Of a stretch of DNA of 64,000 nucleotides, positions 41,081 to 51,412 are shown piece after piece. Made by a program: the position numbers and the translations under genes. The DNA is from an uncultured delta proteobacterium (lineage in GTDB: Bacteria; Desulfobacterota; Desulfobaccia; Desulfobaccales; 0-14-0-80-60-11), in assembly GCA_963812015.1 (NCBI GenBank), contig CAWETI010000002.1, forward strand, positions 256,001-320,000, read 5' to 3'. The notes under the pieces were generated by a model. It did not search any database. It saw only the letters and a list, made by a program, of their open reading frames with translations, and was not told the origin of the DNA. How positions within the stretch are numbered: position 1 is the stretch's first letter; each line of letters begins with the position of its first letter.

Positions 41081-41437
41081 AGTTGTACTCCTCAAGGTTG
41101 ATAGTGCCGCACCGGCGAGACGCCTGTGCCACTCACCGGAGGATAGCAGGGCAGGCGGCCGGGAGGCCAGAACGGGCGGGAAAGATGGCGTGGAAAAGAC
41201 GGGTGAAAAGGGGAAAGAGGTGGATATAGTGAAGGTTGATTGACCAGCAGCAAATCAAGATCAGATTCGAGCTGACAATGGGGCCTAAAATTTACCTGCC
41301 GGGAGGATTTGAGAGGCAGCTATGGTCTTGCTATCAAAAACTTTCCTCTGGGTTAACAGAGTGGTGATCTAGAGCAGTTATTAGAGGTTTAGCAGGCGGG
41401 TCTCCGGCCCATCTTCCTGCCCCCTTCGACCCACTAT

Positions 41438-41477
41438 TCTGACCTAACGCGTGGATCAGTTATTGGGGGGCACGTTA
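41438..41477 (+). mobile_element. Degenerate IS3-family right end
   Basis: CTAACGCGTGGATCAGTTATTGGGGGGCACGTTA resembles the ...GGGGGCAGGTCA ends elsewhere in the window. Confidence 0.5.
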
Positions 41478-41568
41478 CCTTCGATACAGTCCCTAACAAC
41501 TCGGACCTGATGGGTGGGGTGCAACTTGCCGATAAGGCTTTGAACCTTGCCGGGCACGCTGACCCCCC

Positions 41569-42183
41569 TCAGTGCTTCCCAGCCCCTTGAATCGCCTCGG
41601 CAATCTCCTGGCTGAGCTGGGCCAGCGCCCGGCTCTGTGCCGCAACCAACGCGGCATAATCCGCACCCGTCACCGGCTCGCGAATACTGGACCGATTCAT
41701 TTTGAGCAGCTTTTTCTCCGGTCCCCCGAAGATGCTCCAGCGCGCCTCCAGCCAGGCGGCGTCGCCCAACCGGCCATCACAACGCACGATATCCACTACC
41801 ACTTGGTAGTCGATGGGCACGGACATGCGCCAGGGATAGAGATAAATCCGTTCGGTCAACAGGAGAACACCAATATTGTCGGCCAGAACATTAATGAAGT
41901 TATCCTTGAAGGAGCCCACCCAGCGATCGAACTGGGCTTTTACCGCCTGATTGTCGCTGGTGCGGGTGACCAGCATAGACTGGTCGAGGTAATCGGCCAG
42001 CTTGACGGGGCCGATGCCGATAACCGCGTTCTGGGCCGGGCTTTGCCTCTTTGAAATCACCTGGTCTTCCTGTATGGAGTTCAAGGTGTAAAAACGCGGC
42101 GATTGACTCCTACAGCCGCCTAAAAAGAGGGCCGCGGTCGCCAGGATGACCGCTAAGCCGCGAGAAAAAGGCACTACTCTCAT
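41569..42183 (-). CDS. PqiC/DUF330 ABC auxiliary lipoprotein
   Basis: Lipobox LGGC, RFYTL, IGPVKLADYLD, DRW, ALAQLSQEIA. Confidence 0.88.
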   Translation of the reverse strand: MRVVPFSRGLAVILATAALFLGGCRSQSPRFYTLNSIQEDQVISKRQSPAQNAVIGIGPVKLADYLDQSMLVTRTSDNQAVKAQFDRWVGSFKDNFINVLADNIGVLLLTERIYLYPWRMSVPIDYQVVVDIVRCDGRLGDAAWLEARWSIFGGPEKKLLKMNRSSIREPVTGADYAALVAAQSRALAQLSQEIAEAIQGAGKH

Positions 42184-42184
42184 G

Positions 42185-43135
42185 TTATTTCCCTCCAGGC
42201 TTCCCTTTGCCGCGAATCAGGGCTTCGGGATGCTGGTCAAGATAATTGGTCAACTGCCGAATTGACCTACTCATGGCAGAAATCTCCTGCAGCGTGTTCT
42301 CCAAATCTACTATCAGCGGTGAGTCTTGGGAGAGGATACCTCTGGCCGTGGACATGGTTTTATCCAAACCGGTCGCCACCCCTCCCACCTGGCCGTCAAT
42401 ATTGCGGGCCAGCTTGCCGAAATCTTTGACGGTTTTTTTCACGTCGTCCACCAGCGGGTCCACCTGGCGGTCCACCCTGGTGAGGAGCTTGCGGGCGTCC
42501 TCAAGAGTATCATGCAGGGCACGAATGCTGGCGGCCAGGTCCGGGTTGTTAACGAGTTTAGAGATGCCTTCCAGGGTCGATTCCAAATGCTTTTCCAGGG
42601 CCGTGAGATCCAGCTTCCCCAGGGCATTGGCCAGCTTTTCGGAGGTGGACGGGCAGGTTGGAATCACCACATAGTCCTTATAGTCTTTGTCGATTTGGGC
42701 TGGAGCATAGCAGAGACCTGACCCGGGAGCAAAATCAAGCTGGATCATTAACTGACCGGTAATAAAACTCTGCGTAATCAGCTGGGCCCGCAGGCCCCTT
42801 TCGATGAGCTTCGTCGCAACTTCCCGGTAATTTCTTTTTCCAGCTCGCACCTTCCATCGGTCCGGATCGATTTCGATGAGGATGGGGATTTGTGTTGTCA
42901 TCTTAGCCAGGTCGGCTTGGAGAGTAATGCTGGTCACAGACCCGACCTGAACGCCCTGGAACAGCACCGGTGCGCCCACATTCAATCCGGTGATGGATTC
43001 ATTAAAGTACAAAATGTATTTGTTGGTTTTCTGGAAGAATTTGCCCGAACCGAATACGACCAGGCTGGCGGCCATAAGGATCACTGCGAGGACCACGAAA
43101 CCGCCGATCATCATTCTGTTTGCTTGCTTAGCCAT
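42185..43135 (-). CDS. MCE/MlaD family protein
   Basis: IGGFVV, GLNVGAPVLFQGVQVGSV, GLRAQL, PEALIRG. Confidence 0.9.
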   Translation of the reverse strand: MAKQANRMMIGGFVVLAVILMAASLVVFGSGKFFQKTNKYILYFNESITGLNVGAPVLFQGVQVGSVTSITLQADLAKMTTQIPILIEIDPDRWKVRAGKRNYREVATKLIERGLRAQLITQSFITGQLMIQLDFAPGSGLCYAPAQIDKDYKDYVVIPTCPSTSEKLANALGKLDLTALEKHLESTLEGISKLVNNPDLAASIRALHDTLEDARKLLTRVDRQVDPLVDDVKKTVKDFGKLARNIDGQVGGVATGLDKTMSTARGILSQDSPLIVDLENTLQEISAMSRSIRQLTNYLDQHPEALIRGKGKPGGK

Positions 43136-43153
43136 CTCTGCCCATCCTATCGG

Positions 43154-43942
43154 TTAAGATTTCTCGCCCCGGGTTAAAAACAGGCGCAAATCGGGATCCC
43201 GGGTTTCGGCCAAAAGCTGGTTCGGGTTGCCCATGGCCGTCATGGTTCGTTTGGATACATCCAAGAATACGGAATTGCTGCCAATCGCAAATATGCTGGC
43301 CAACTCATGGGTCACTACCACCATGGTGGTGCCCAGGCTGTCACGCAGTTCCAGGATCAGGTCATCCAGACGGCGGGCGCTCACCGGATCCAACCCGGCG
43401 GAAGGCTCATCGAAAAACAGGATCTCCGGATCGAGGGCCATGGCCCGGGCGATACCGGCCCGTTTCTGCATCCCGCCGCTGATCTCCGAGGGATAAAACT
43501 CTTCGAATCCGGCCATCCCCACCAGGGCCAGTTTCAGTTTGACAACCTCACGAATCTGGCCCGGGCTTAAATCCGTATAGAGCTCCAGGGGCAGGGCGAT
43601 ATTCTCGGCCAGGGTCATGGAGCTCCAGAGCGCCCCGCTCTGGTACATCACCCCGGCCCGGCGAATGATCCGGTCGCGGGTCTGTTGATCGGCTCCCCAG
43701 AAATCGACATCTCCATAAAAGACCTTGCCCTTGGCCGGGGCCTTCAAGCCGATTAAAATGGTCATCATGGTGCTCTTGCCGCAGCCGCTGCCGCCCATGA
43801 TGATGAAGATGTCCCCCCGGTTTATGGTAAAAGTCAGGTCCCTCATAAGGACAAAGTCGCCATAAGCCATGGTGAGATCGCGCACCGTTATGTGGGCTTC
43901 TTTTTCCGTCATTGTCACTTTATCCTGAGGCGCTGTTGGCAT
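43154..43942 (-). CDS. ABC ATPase, MlaF-like
   Basis: GGSGCGKS, ISGGMQKR, DEPSAGLDP; start may be about 27 nt downstream. Confidence 0.92.
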   Translation of the reverse strand: MPTAPQDKVTMTEKEAHITVRDLTMAYGDFVLMRDLTFTINRGDIFIIMGGSGCGKSTMMTILIGLKAPAKGKVFYGDVDFWGADQQTRDRIIRRAGVMYQSGALWSSMTLAENIALPLELYTDLSPGQIREVVKLKLALVGMAGFEEFYPSEISGGMQKRAGIARAMALDPEILFFDEPSAGLDPVSARRLDDLILELRDSLGTTMVVVTHELASIFAIGSNSVFLDVSKRTMTAMGNPNQLLAETRDPDLRLFLTRGEKS

Positions 43943-43946
43943 TCCC

Positions 43947-45080
43947 TCATATCCCCAGCATGTTGCACAAAATGGTGATCACGGCGGTGGAGAGGATAAT
44001 CCCGACAATGGCGGTGACCACCGCGGATGTGGCCGCGTCACCCACCGCCGAGGCGCTGCGGCCGCACTGCATGCCCCGCATGCAGCCGGCCAGCGCCACA
44101 ATGACGCCGAACACGAGGCCGGAAAACAGGCCGATGCCCAGATTCCAGAGACCCACCGCCTTCGCCGTCTCGTTATAGTATTCTATAAAGCCGATATTGA
44201 GCAGCCCTACCCCCACCACCATGCCCCCCAGTATGCCCATGATATTGGCGTAAAGACACAGCAAGGGCATCATCACCGCCAGGGCCAGCATACGCGGCAG
44301 CACCAGAAACTCCATGGGTGATATGCCCAGGGTTTTCAGGGCATCGATCTCCTGGTTCACCTGCATGGTCCCCAGCTGAGCGGCAAAGGCGCCCCCCGTG
44401 CGGCCGGCCATGACGATGCCGGTCATAATCGCCGCCATCAGGCGAACCATGGCAATGCCCACCAAATCGGCCACATAAATCTGGGCCCCGAAGAGCTTCA
44501 ACTGGATGGCGCCGATAAACGCTAGGATCAACCCCACCAAAAAACAGATGAGGGAGACGATGGGCAACGCCTGGGCGCTAACGGCCTGCGTGATTAAGCC
44601 CAGGTCGGAGCGGCGGTACTGGGCCTTGCTCCGCAGCAGATTCAGGACGGCAATGACCGTATCGCCGAGGAATTCCAGCATTTCACCTGCAGATCGGAAG
44701 AGCTCGACGGTTTGGTTACCCAAATGGGTGAGAAACGACACCCGCCCCTCAGCCTGGCGGGCATCTTTCTTTTCCGGTACCGCCAAGGCCAATTCCAACA
44801 GTCTCTTCGCTCCTGGGGGCAGTCCGTCGCGGTTCAGGAGAATTTTTTGCCGGGAGCAGAGAGTGCCCAAATTCATCAAGAAGGTCAACAGCCCGGTGTC
44901 CCAATGCGCCAGCCCCTGGGTGTCGAAGACAATATTCCGAACCCCCGGCCTTCCTTCGAGCGTTTGCTGAACCTTATCGGCCCCAGGCAGTTCACCCCCC
45001 AGCTGCCAGTGCCCGGAAAGAATCACCTTCAGCGTGTCTGCTGATGGCTGCTCCATGATCATTTCACCACGGGCCGTCAT
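43947..45080 (-). CDS. MlaE-family permease with N-terminal STAS-like domain
   Basis: AGRTGGAFAAQLGTM, EIDAL, LVLPR, VGDAATSAVV. Confidence 0.92.
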   Translation of the reverse strand: MTARGEMIMEQPSADTLKVILSGHWQLGGELPGADKVQQTLEGRPGVRNIVFDTQGLAHWDTGLLTFLMNLGTLCSRQKILLNRDGLPPGAKRLLELALAVPEKKDARQAEGRVSFLTHLGNQTVELFRSAGEMLEFLGDTVIAVLNLLRSKAQYRRSDLGLITQAVSAQALPIVSLICFLVGLILAFIGAIQLKLFGAQIYVADLVGIAMVRLMAAIMTGIVMAGRTGGAFAAQLGTMQVNQEIDALKTLGISPMEFLVLPRMLALAVMMPLLCLYANIMGILGGMVVGVGLLNIGFIEYYNETAKAVGLWNLGIGLFSGLVFGVIVALAGCMRGMQCGRSASAVGDAATSAVVTAIVGIILSTAVITILCNMLGI

Positions 45081-45105
45081 GTGCGTTTTTCTCCATGGTA
45101 GCTCT

Positions 45106-45370
45106 TTAGCTGATAATTGGGGGCTTCATCCTTCCTCTGACCCAGGTCCGAAGCATTGCTCCAGGACTAGATTTGTGGTGCACGTCGCGTTGGGGGAAAG
45201 GCAATGCTCTGCCATGCTGCCGGAATTGCTGCCAGATGCCCCAGAGGAGATCGCTCTTGAATGAACCGATGCCATTTTTGGGGTCGTTGAGCCACACCCG
45301 CAGTTCGAGGTTGACGCTATTATCCCCGAACCCCTTCAAAAAGCAAGCGGATTTGGGATCCGTTAAGACG
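45106..45370 (-). pseudogene. MscS mechanosensitive channel C-terminal fragment
   Basis: GFGDNSVNLELRVW...PFPQRDVH; 5' part replaced by the IS3 remnant. Confidence 0.8.
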
Positions 45371-45694
45371 CGTAGGAGTCAAAACGCTCTTCATTGAACC
45401 TGGCAGTCCTTGGGAGAACGGTTACAACGAGAGCTTCAATGGGAAGTTGCGGGATGAGTTGCTCAACGGGGAGATTTTCTATACCCTGAAGGAGGCCCAG
45501 ATCCTGATAGAGCGCTGGCGGTGGGAATACAATACGGTAAGGCCTCACAGTGCTTTGGGGTATCGACCACCGGCACCCGAAGCCATCGCCGTGGCCCCCA
45601 GAGATCCTGGCTACGCTATGCTCCGCCAGGATCTCTGGCTTGACTTGACCCCCATCCTAACTTAAAACTTGGTACAACTACTGGGGGCAGGTCA
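45371..45694 (+). mobile_element. IS3-family remnant (OrfB C-terminus plus right IR)
   Basis: FIEPGSPWENGYNESFNGKLRDELLN...YNTVRPHSALGY; ends GGGGGCAGGTCA. Confidence 0.92.
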
Positions 45695-46349
45695 CTTCTT
45701 GTCTGCAACTGGCTGTCAAATCGTCAACGACCCGTTTTGTGAGCACTTGGCACTGTTCAAGCCGTTACAACTTGCTGCAGCACGGCGAGTCGGTCTGGCG
45801 ATCCCAGAAACTTGCGTTACGAATGACGTTCGGATTGCAACCGATTTCATCAGGCGTCTCAACAACCAGGGTCGCCGCTGTGTGTGCAAACCTTTGACTG
45901 CGCCCCGGCGCGAGATGGCGGAGACCCGCGTCATCCGTTTAGAAGAGCTTAATCCTGAAGCGCTGGCCATTGCACCGGTCATTTTCCAAGAATGCATCGA
46001 AAAAGGAACTGACATTCGCATTTCAATTTTTGGTGATGAGTGTTTTGCAGCGAAGGTGATTACCCGCCACGCGGAACTCGTTGACTGGCGCTTAGATCCC
46101 CTCGTTTCCTATCATCGGTATAAAACGTCAGATGATCTTCGCAACCACCTTCTGCTCTTATTGCGAGAGATGAAGCTCGATATGGGATCCATTGATCTGC
46201 GGCTTGATCAGGAAGGTCAGCCAGTGTTTTTCGAGATTAATCCGTCCGGACAATTTCTTTTTCTTGAGTTGGAAGCGGACCTTCCCGTCTCAAACTCGGT
46301 CGCAAAACTTCTTATTAGAAAGCATCTCGTTCAGCGCCCGCGGTCATGA
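45695..46349 (+). pseudogene. N-truncated ATP-grasp ligase of MvdC/MvdD (graspetide) type
   Basis: VNDP, KPLQL..A..VGLAIPET..TND, PVIFQECI, VDWR, FFEINPSGQFLFLE; begins exactly at the IS end. Confidence 0.8.
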
Positions 46350-46569
46350 TGGATCGACAACACAACATAGATAACAGTTAAGGCAGAGGCCGATACTAGG
46401 GGCATTGAATGCTCGTAGTCCGATTTTCTATCGAATTGAACGAGTATTTCAAGATTATAGAGTTGCGGGTTTCTTGCCAAAACAGAAACTTATCGAATTT
46501 CCTCGGAAAATTGTGCTATGCTTTGTCTATCAGCATCAGCCTGATGCCATCAAAGACTGGAGGTGGAGC

Positions 46570-47407
46570 ATGAAAGTTTCTAAGGCCGTCAACCTGTTCC
46601 TGGATTACCACAAGCTGAACTCCCAAAAAAAATACGATCAGGGCCTACGGCTCGCTCTTGGCCAAATTCAGGGAGTATTTTCCTGACCACGACCTGGCTT
46701 CCATATCGCCAGAAAAGGTACTCTCCTTTTTGACCAGTCTCAACGGTAAGTGTAAGCAGCTAACCAAGCATACTCGTTACGCCTATCTCAAGGCTCTCTT
46801 CAACTTCATCCGCAATAATCTGGACGCTCAGCTCCAAAATCCCTGTGACACCCCGATGCTGAAGAAACTCTTTCGGCTGGGGAAGCTGGTGCATTGGCAG
46901 GTCCAGGAAAAGGAGACCATCGACGAGGTCATTTTCAGGACCACCAAAGTAAGAAACCGCCTCATGCTATAACTCATGGCCCGGGGTGGCATGCGGGTAG
47001 GCGAGGTTCTTAAGCTTACTGGCGGGGATGTCGAGGACCAAAAACTCGTAATCAGGAACCCAAAAAGTGGCAAGGAGACGGAGGTCGTCTTCATCCCTAA
47101 GAAGCTGGCCGATAGGCTGAAGGATTACCTCAAGGCCAGAGGCGCTGAAGGAAGCCAGAGAATTTTCCCCATCACCTATACAGCCGCCCGGGTCATGGTC
47201 AAAAAGGCCGGCGCTTTGGTGGGGGTCCATCTCAGGCCACACGACCTAAGGCGGCATGCGGCAACCTATGCCTCGAGATCAGGGGTACCCGTGGAGATTG
47301 TCAGCAAGGTCATTCTGAGGCACGCCAACCTCTCCACCACCCAAAAGTATCTTGGAAAGGTCAGCGATGTGGAAGCGGTGCGGTGGATGGAAAATTTATA
47401 CGGCTAA
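46570..47407 (+). pseudogene. Tyrosine recombinase with a frameshift and an in-frame stop
   Basis: GMRVGE, HDLRR, LRH..LSTTQKY catalytic motifs; frameshift at an A8 run (about 46625) and TAA at about 46970. Confidence 0.85.
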
Positions 47408-47895
47408 ATGGACGGCAATTAGGGCGAGGTCGAACAAGGCCTCGCCCACATTTAAAAGTCTCGCTATGTCCTGGATATGGAAAGTTTTTAGAGCCGTGAT
47501 AAGTGTCGGATCATAGCAGTAACTGACACATTTACTTAACCAATGCGATTCCAAATCTCATGCCTGCCTTTAACCGCCGGGACTGACCTTCCCAATAAAA
47601 GGTGCCGGAACGGCAAGTGTGGGCCGACCCTTTCCCTCAAGTCAGCCAGGGTGAGCTCAGAAAGCCATACCGCATTGATCCTGATTAATTTGCAGAGTTG
47701 CCTTGAAATCAACGTTCCTTTCCGGTTCCTTTCCTTGCCTGGTTTTCGGAGCGGTGGCCTATTCTTGACTCTCGGCCCAGGGGCGCCCGTTAACGGGCGG
47801 GGCAAGGTTTTATGCTGCGACTCCCGGCTTCATAAAGAATTTGCCGTCGCGCCCAGCAGGGCTGAGAATTATCTTGACAGAAGAACCTTTTTCTC

Positions 47896-47917
47896 ATAAT
47901 TCATAATTATAAATTAT
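47896..47917. promoter_or_regulatory. AT-rich 22-bp palindrome, probable GntR operator
   Basis: ATAATTCATAATTATAAATTAT (one mismatched pair), just downstream of TTGACA (47874) and upstream of gntR. Confidence 0.6.
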
Positions 47918-47919
47918 AA

Positions 47920-48630
47920 ATGCAAGGCGCGTTTGCCGCAATGAGCAGCCGCATCCCCCCCTTAGTCCTTTACCAGGAGGTCGCCGAGCGCCTCCGTCAC
48001 AGGATCTACAGCTACGAACTGAAGCCGGGAGAGTGGATCGACGAACAGGCTCTGGCAGAATCTTTCGGCATCAGCCGAACCCCGCTCCGGGAAGCCCTCA
48101 AGGTTTTGAACAGCGAGGGCCTGGTGGTCCTGAGACCCCGCCGGGGTTGCTTAGTGGCCGAACTGACTGAACAGGACCTGGACGAGATCTTTCCGGTGAT
48201 GGCCCTGTTAGAAGGGCGCTGCGCCTATGACGCGGTGCGCAAGGCCAAGCCCGCCGACCTCAAACGCCTGGATGACATACACGCCAAGCTGGAAAAGTTT
48301 GCCGCAGCCGAAGATATCGATCGCTATTATGAACAAAACTATATCTTCCACGAGCAGGTGCAAAAACTGGCCGGTAACCTCTGGCTCCAGAAGACGGTGG
48401 GCGATTTACGCAAGTTCCTCAAGCTGTTGCGGGGCCGACAACTCAAGCTACCGGGCCGTCTCCTGGCATCTCTCAAAGAACACCGTCTGATCATGGCCGC
48501 TTTTCACAATCAGAATCCCGCCGCGGCCGAAAAAATCATGCACGACCATCTGCTGGCGCAGCGGCAGGCGCTGGCCATATACGATTCCGCCACAGACAGG
48601 GAGAATAAGACCGCAGTGCGTAAGATGTAG
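47920..48630 (+). CDS. GntR-family regulator (FCD domain)
   Basis: LAESFGISRTPLREALKVL, LEG, FH...AGN, EH; start may be 47941. Confidence 0.93.
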   Translation: MQGAFAAMSSRIPPLVLYQEVAERLRHRIYSYELKPGEWIDEQALAESFGISRTPLREALKVLNSEGLVVLRPRRGCLVAELTEQDLDEIFPVMALLEGRCAYDAVRKAKPADLKRLDDIHAKLEKFAAAEDIDRYYEQNYIFHEQVQKLAGNLWLQKTVGDLRKFLKLLRGRQLKLPGRLLASLKEHRLIMAAFHNQNPAAAEKIMHDHLLAQRQALAIYDSATDRENKTAVRKM

Positions 48631-48699
48631 CGAGTCAAAAAGGAGGCCCCTTTGATGCTGGGAACACCTCCGGGGCTGGGTACAACAGCAAATTGTGTA

Positions 48700-49162
48700 G
48701 GGGGCGGCCGGCGATTTAGCCTTTAGCTGTGACATTTTGATCGGCACGCACAGCGCCTTCTTCGCCATGACCCCGGCTAAAATCGGGATTCCCTATAGCT
48801 CATCCGGGCTCTTGCACTTCATTTACGGCGTCGGCCTGCCCATTGCCAAGGAAATGTTTTTCACAGCACAGCCGGTGGTGGCAGAGCGCGCCGAGAAGTT
48901 AGGGATTCTCAACCATCCGGTGCCGGAGAAGGAACTGGAAGATTTTACCTATGCAATGGCCCGGCGAATCACGCAAAATTCTCCTTTGAGCATCTCGGCG
49001 ATCAAGGAACAACTCCGGATTCTGGCCGATTCGCCCCCTTTGAGCCCGGGAACTTTTGAACGCATCCAAGGATTGCGCCGGCGGGTTTACGATAGCAAAG
49101 ATTACCTGGAAGGCAAAAACGCCTTCTTGCAGAAAAGGCCCCCGGTCTTTCAAGGAGAATGA
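48700..49162 (+). pseudogene. scpB: Methylmalonyl-CoA decarboxylase (crotonase fold), N-terminal half missing
   Basis: DLAFSCDILIG, FAMTPAKIGIPY, AKEMFFTA, FERIQGLRRRVYDSKDYLEG. Confidence 0.75.
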
Positions 49163-49379
49163 GGACCGGGTTTCTTAGCAAAATATCCGCCCAGGGGAGG
49201 TGAAAAAGAAAACCCGGAAAAGCACGCCATATTTTCAGTCAGTTGAGCAGCGACGGGAGATCAGGGCGGTTCGAGTCCCGAATCAGTCGCTTGACCGAGA
49301 TTGAAGATCCCGGCAGGAAGGTCTCCCGGAAAATTTTCTCCAACGAGCAATCCCTTCTACGTTAAGAGGAGAGGAAAAA

Positions 49380-50585
49380 ATGGAAGAGTTATGGGCGCAA
49401 AGATGGAAAGCGCTGTGGTTCGTTGGTACCCTAGGTTTTATCTTCTCGGCCAACTATACCAACCACGGTCCCTTGATCCCCACCCTGGTCAAACAGCTGG
49501 AGATCACCTTCGCGATGGCGGGGTTCCTGACCACCGCCATTTTCCTGACCCACGGCGCCTTGCAGATACCGGGAGGGGCACTGGCAGATAAATTCGGCGC
49601 CAAAAAACTGGTCAATTTCGCTCTCCTGATCATCACCGCCGGAAATTTCATCATCGGGTTTTCCAACTCCTACTATGCCATTCTGGTATTGAAGTTCATC
49701 ATCGGCATTGGTACCGGCATCTGTTTTATCGCCGGGGCCCGCTACGTCACCACCTTCTTTCTCGGCAAGGAAATTCAGCGGGCCCAGGGGGTTTATGGCG
49801 GGTCGATCCTCTTGGGGTCCGGGTTCGTGATTTACGGCATTCCCCAACTCCTGCCGCTGGTGGGCTGGCACAATATCTTCATGATTACCGGCGGCATGGC
49901 GGGAGTGCTGTTAGTCCTGTGGTACTTCTTTGCCCCGGATACGCCCCGGGCGGTGACCATTCCCAAAATCAACTTTTCTAGCGTTATCGGCAGTCGCAAT
50001 ATCTGGCTGCTCTCTCTGGCGCAGCTGGCCACTTTTGGCGAGATCATTGCCTGCGGCGTCTGGGTCAATACCCTCTTGATCAAGAGCATTCACCTTCAGC
50101 CTAAGTTGGCGGGCATTATTGGCTCGATCGTCTTACTCCTGGGAATTTTCTCTCGTCCGCTGGGCGGCATTATCCTGGATCATAAGATCATGACAACCAA
50201 GAAACTCTTGGCGGTCGCCTGTGCCGGGCTGGCGGTAGGATTCATTTGGATGGGGTTATCTTCCAGTATGGGCATGGCTATCATCGCCATTATCTTTACC
50301 GGCATTATGGCGGGATTGCCCTTCGCCGGGATCTTTAACGCGGCCAGGGATAACTGCCCCCATTGTCCCGGGGTGGCCATGGGATTCGTCAATACCTGGG
50401 GGGCCATCGGGGTCATGATTTTCCCACCCATCATCGGACGGCTGGTGGATGTCACCGGGACGTTTATCAGCGGCTTTTTTGTCCTGGGGGCGGTGGCCGT
50501 CATCGCCGCCTTGGGCTGTTTGGCCCTGACCCACGCCGACATCTATATGATCCCGGAGACCAAGCCCATCGTGCAGCCGGATTAA
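49380..50585 (+). CDS. MFS transporter
   Basis: 12 TM; QIPGGALADKFG motif A. Confidence 0.9.
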   Translation: MEELWAQRWKALWFVGTLGFIFSANYTNHGPLIPTLVKQLEITFAMAGFLTTAIFLTHGALQIPGGALADKFGAKKLVNFALLIITAGNFIIGFSNSYYAILVLKFIIGIGTGICFIAGARYVTTFFLGKEIQRAQGVYGGSILLGSGFVIYGIPQLLPLVGWHNIFMITGGMAGVLLVLWYFFAPDTPRAVTIPKINFSSVIGSRNIWLLSLAQLATFGEIIACGVWVNTLLIKSIHLQPKLAGIIGSIVLLLGIFSRPLGGIILDHKIMTTKKLLAVACAGLAVGFIWMGLSSSMGMAIIAIIFTGIMAGLPFAGIFNAARDNCPHCPGVAMGFVNTWGAIGVMIFPPIIGRLVDVTGTFISGFFVLGAVAVIAALGCLALTHADIYMIPETKPIVQPD

Positions 50586-50650
50586 TTTCGAGTGGGAAGA
50601 TTAGCGGCAACCGGCCTTAGCCGCAGAAGAAGTGGTGACGGAGCAAGAGC

Positions 50651-51295
50651 ATGGATACCCCCCAGATCCTCTACCGGGAAAAGCTGGCCGAACACCTGAT
50701 CAAGCACCTGACCAAGCGCCGGATGGAGGCCAGCTATGCGCCCACGGCGGCACAGGCCAGAGAAGAGATTATTGCCATGATTCCAGCTGGTTCCACGGTA
50801 AGCCGGTGCGGCTCCATGTCCCTGGTGGAGATGGGGTTGTGGGATAAGCTGGCCCAAAAGCCCGGCGTAGAAATAATCGATCCCTTTACCCCGGGGCTTA
50901 GTCCCGAAGAGGCTTATGCCCGGTTGCGCCAGGGGTTATTGGCTGATTACATGCTTGCCAGCTCCAATGCCCTGACCATGGACGGAAAACTGGTCAATTT
51001 GGACGCTACGGGTAACCGGGTGGCGGCCATGTGCTTTGGTCCGGAAAAGGTCATCCTGGCCGTCGGCCTTAACAAAGTAACCCCTGATTTAGATTCCGCC
51101 ATGGCCCGAGTTAAACACCAGGCGGCGCCGATCAATGCCATGCGCCTCAATCGGGCTACACCTTGCGCGGAAACCGGCCAATGTCTCGATTGCAGAAGTC
51201 CTGCCAGGCTCTGTAATATGTGGTCGATTATCGAGGGGCACCGCTTTGAGAATCGTATCCACGTCAAACTGGTGGGCGAAGACTTGGGGTATTGA
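50651..51295 (+). CDS. LUD-domain (LutC/YkgG-like) protein
   Basis: SSNALTMDGKLVNLDATGNRVAA, GLNK, TPC..TG.C.DC...C. Confidence 0.88.
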   Translation: MDTPQILYREKLAEHLIKHLTKRRMEASYAPTAAQAREEIIAMIPAGSTVSRCGSMSLVEMGLWDKLAQKPGVEIIDPFTPGLSPEEAYARLRQGLLADYMLASSNALTMDGKLVNLDATGNRVAAMCFGPEKVILAVGLNKVTPDLDSAMARVKHQAAPINAMRLNRATPCAETGQCLDCRSPARLCNMWSIIEGHRFENRIHVKLVGEDLGY

Positions 51296-51412
51296 GGTTC
51301 CGGGAACCGGCCTCCGTAACTGCGGGAACCTGCCTGGTTAAGATTGAGGAGGTTGCGACGTCTAGGCCGCACTCCTCGGAGATGAAAAATTTTTGGTGAT
51401 TGTGGAGGCGTC

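Noticed and set aside
35915..45700. Target-site duplication around the IS3-bounded segment
   Set aside because: Flanks (CAGG and CTTC) do not match.
49245..49295. GGTTCGAGTCCC T-loop-like sequence
   Set aside because: No cloverleaf or CCA end; at most a simple hairpin.
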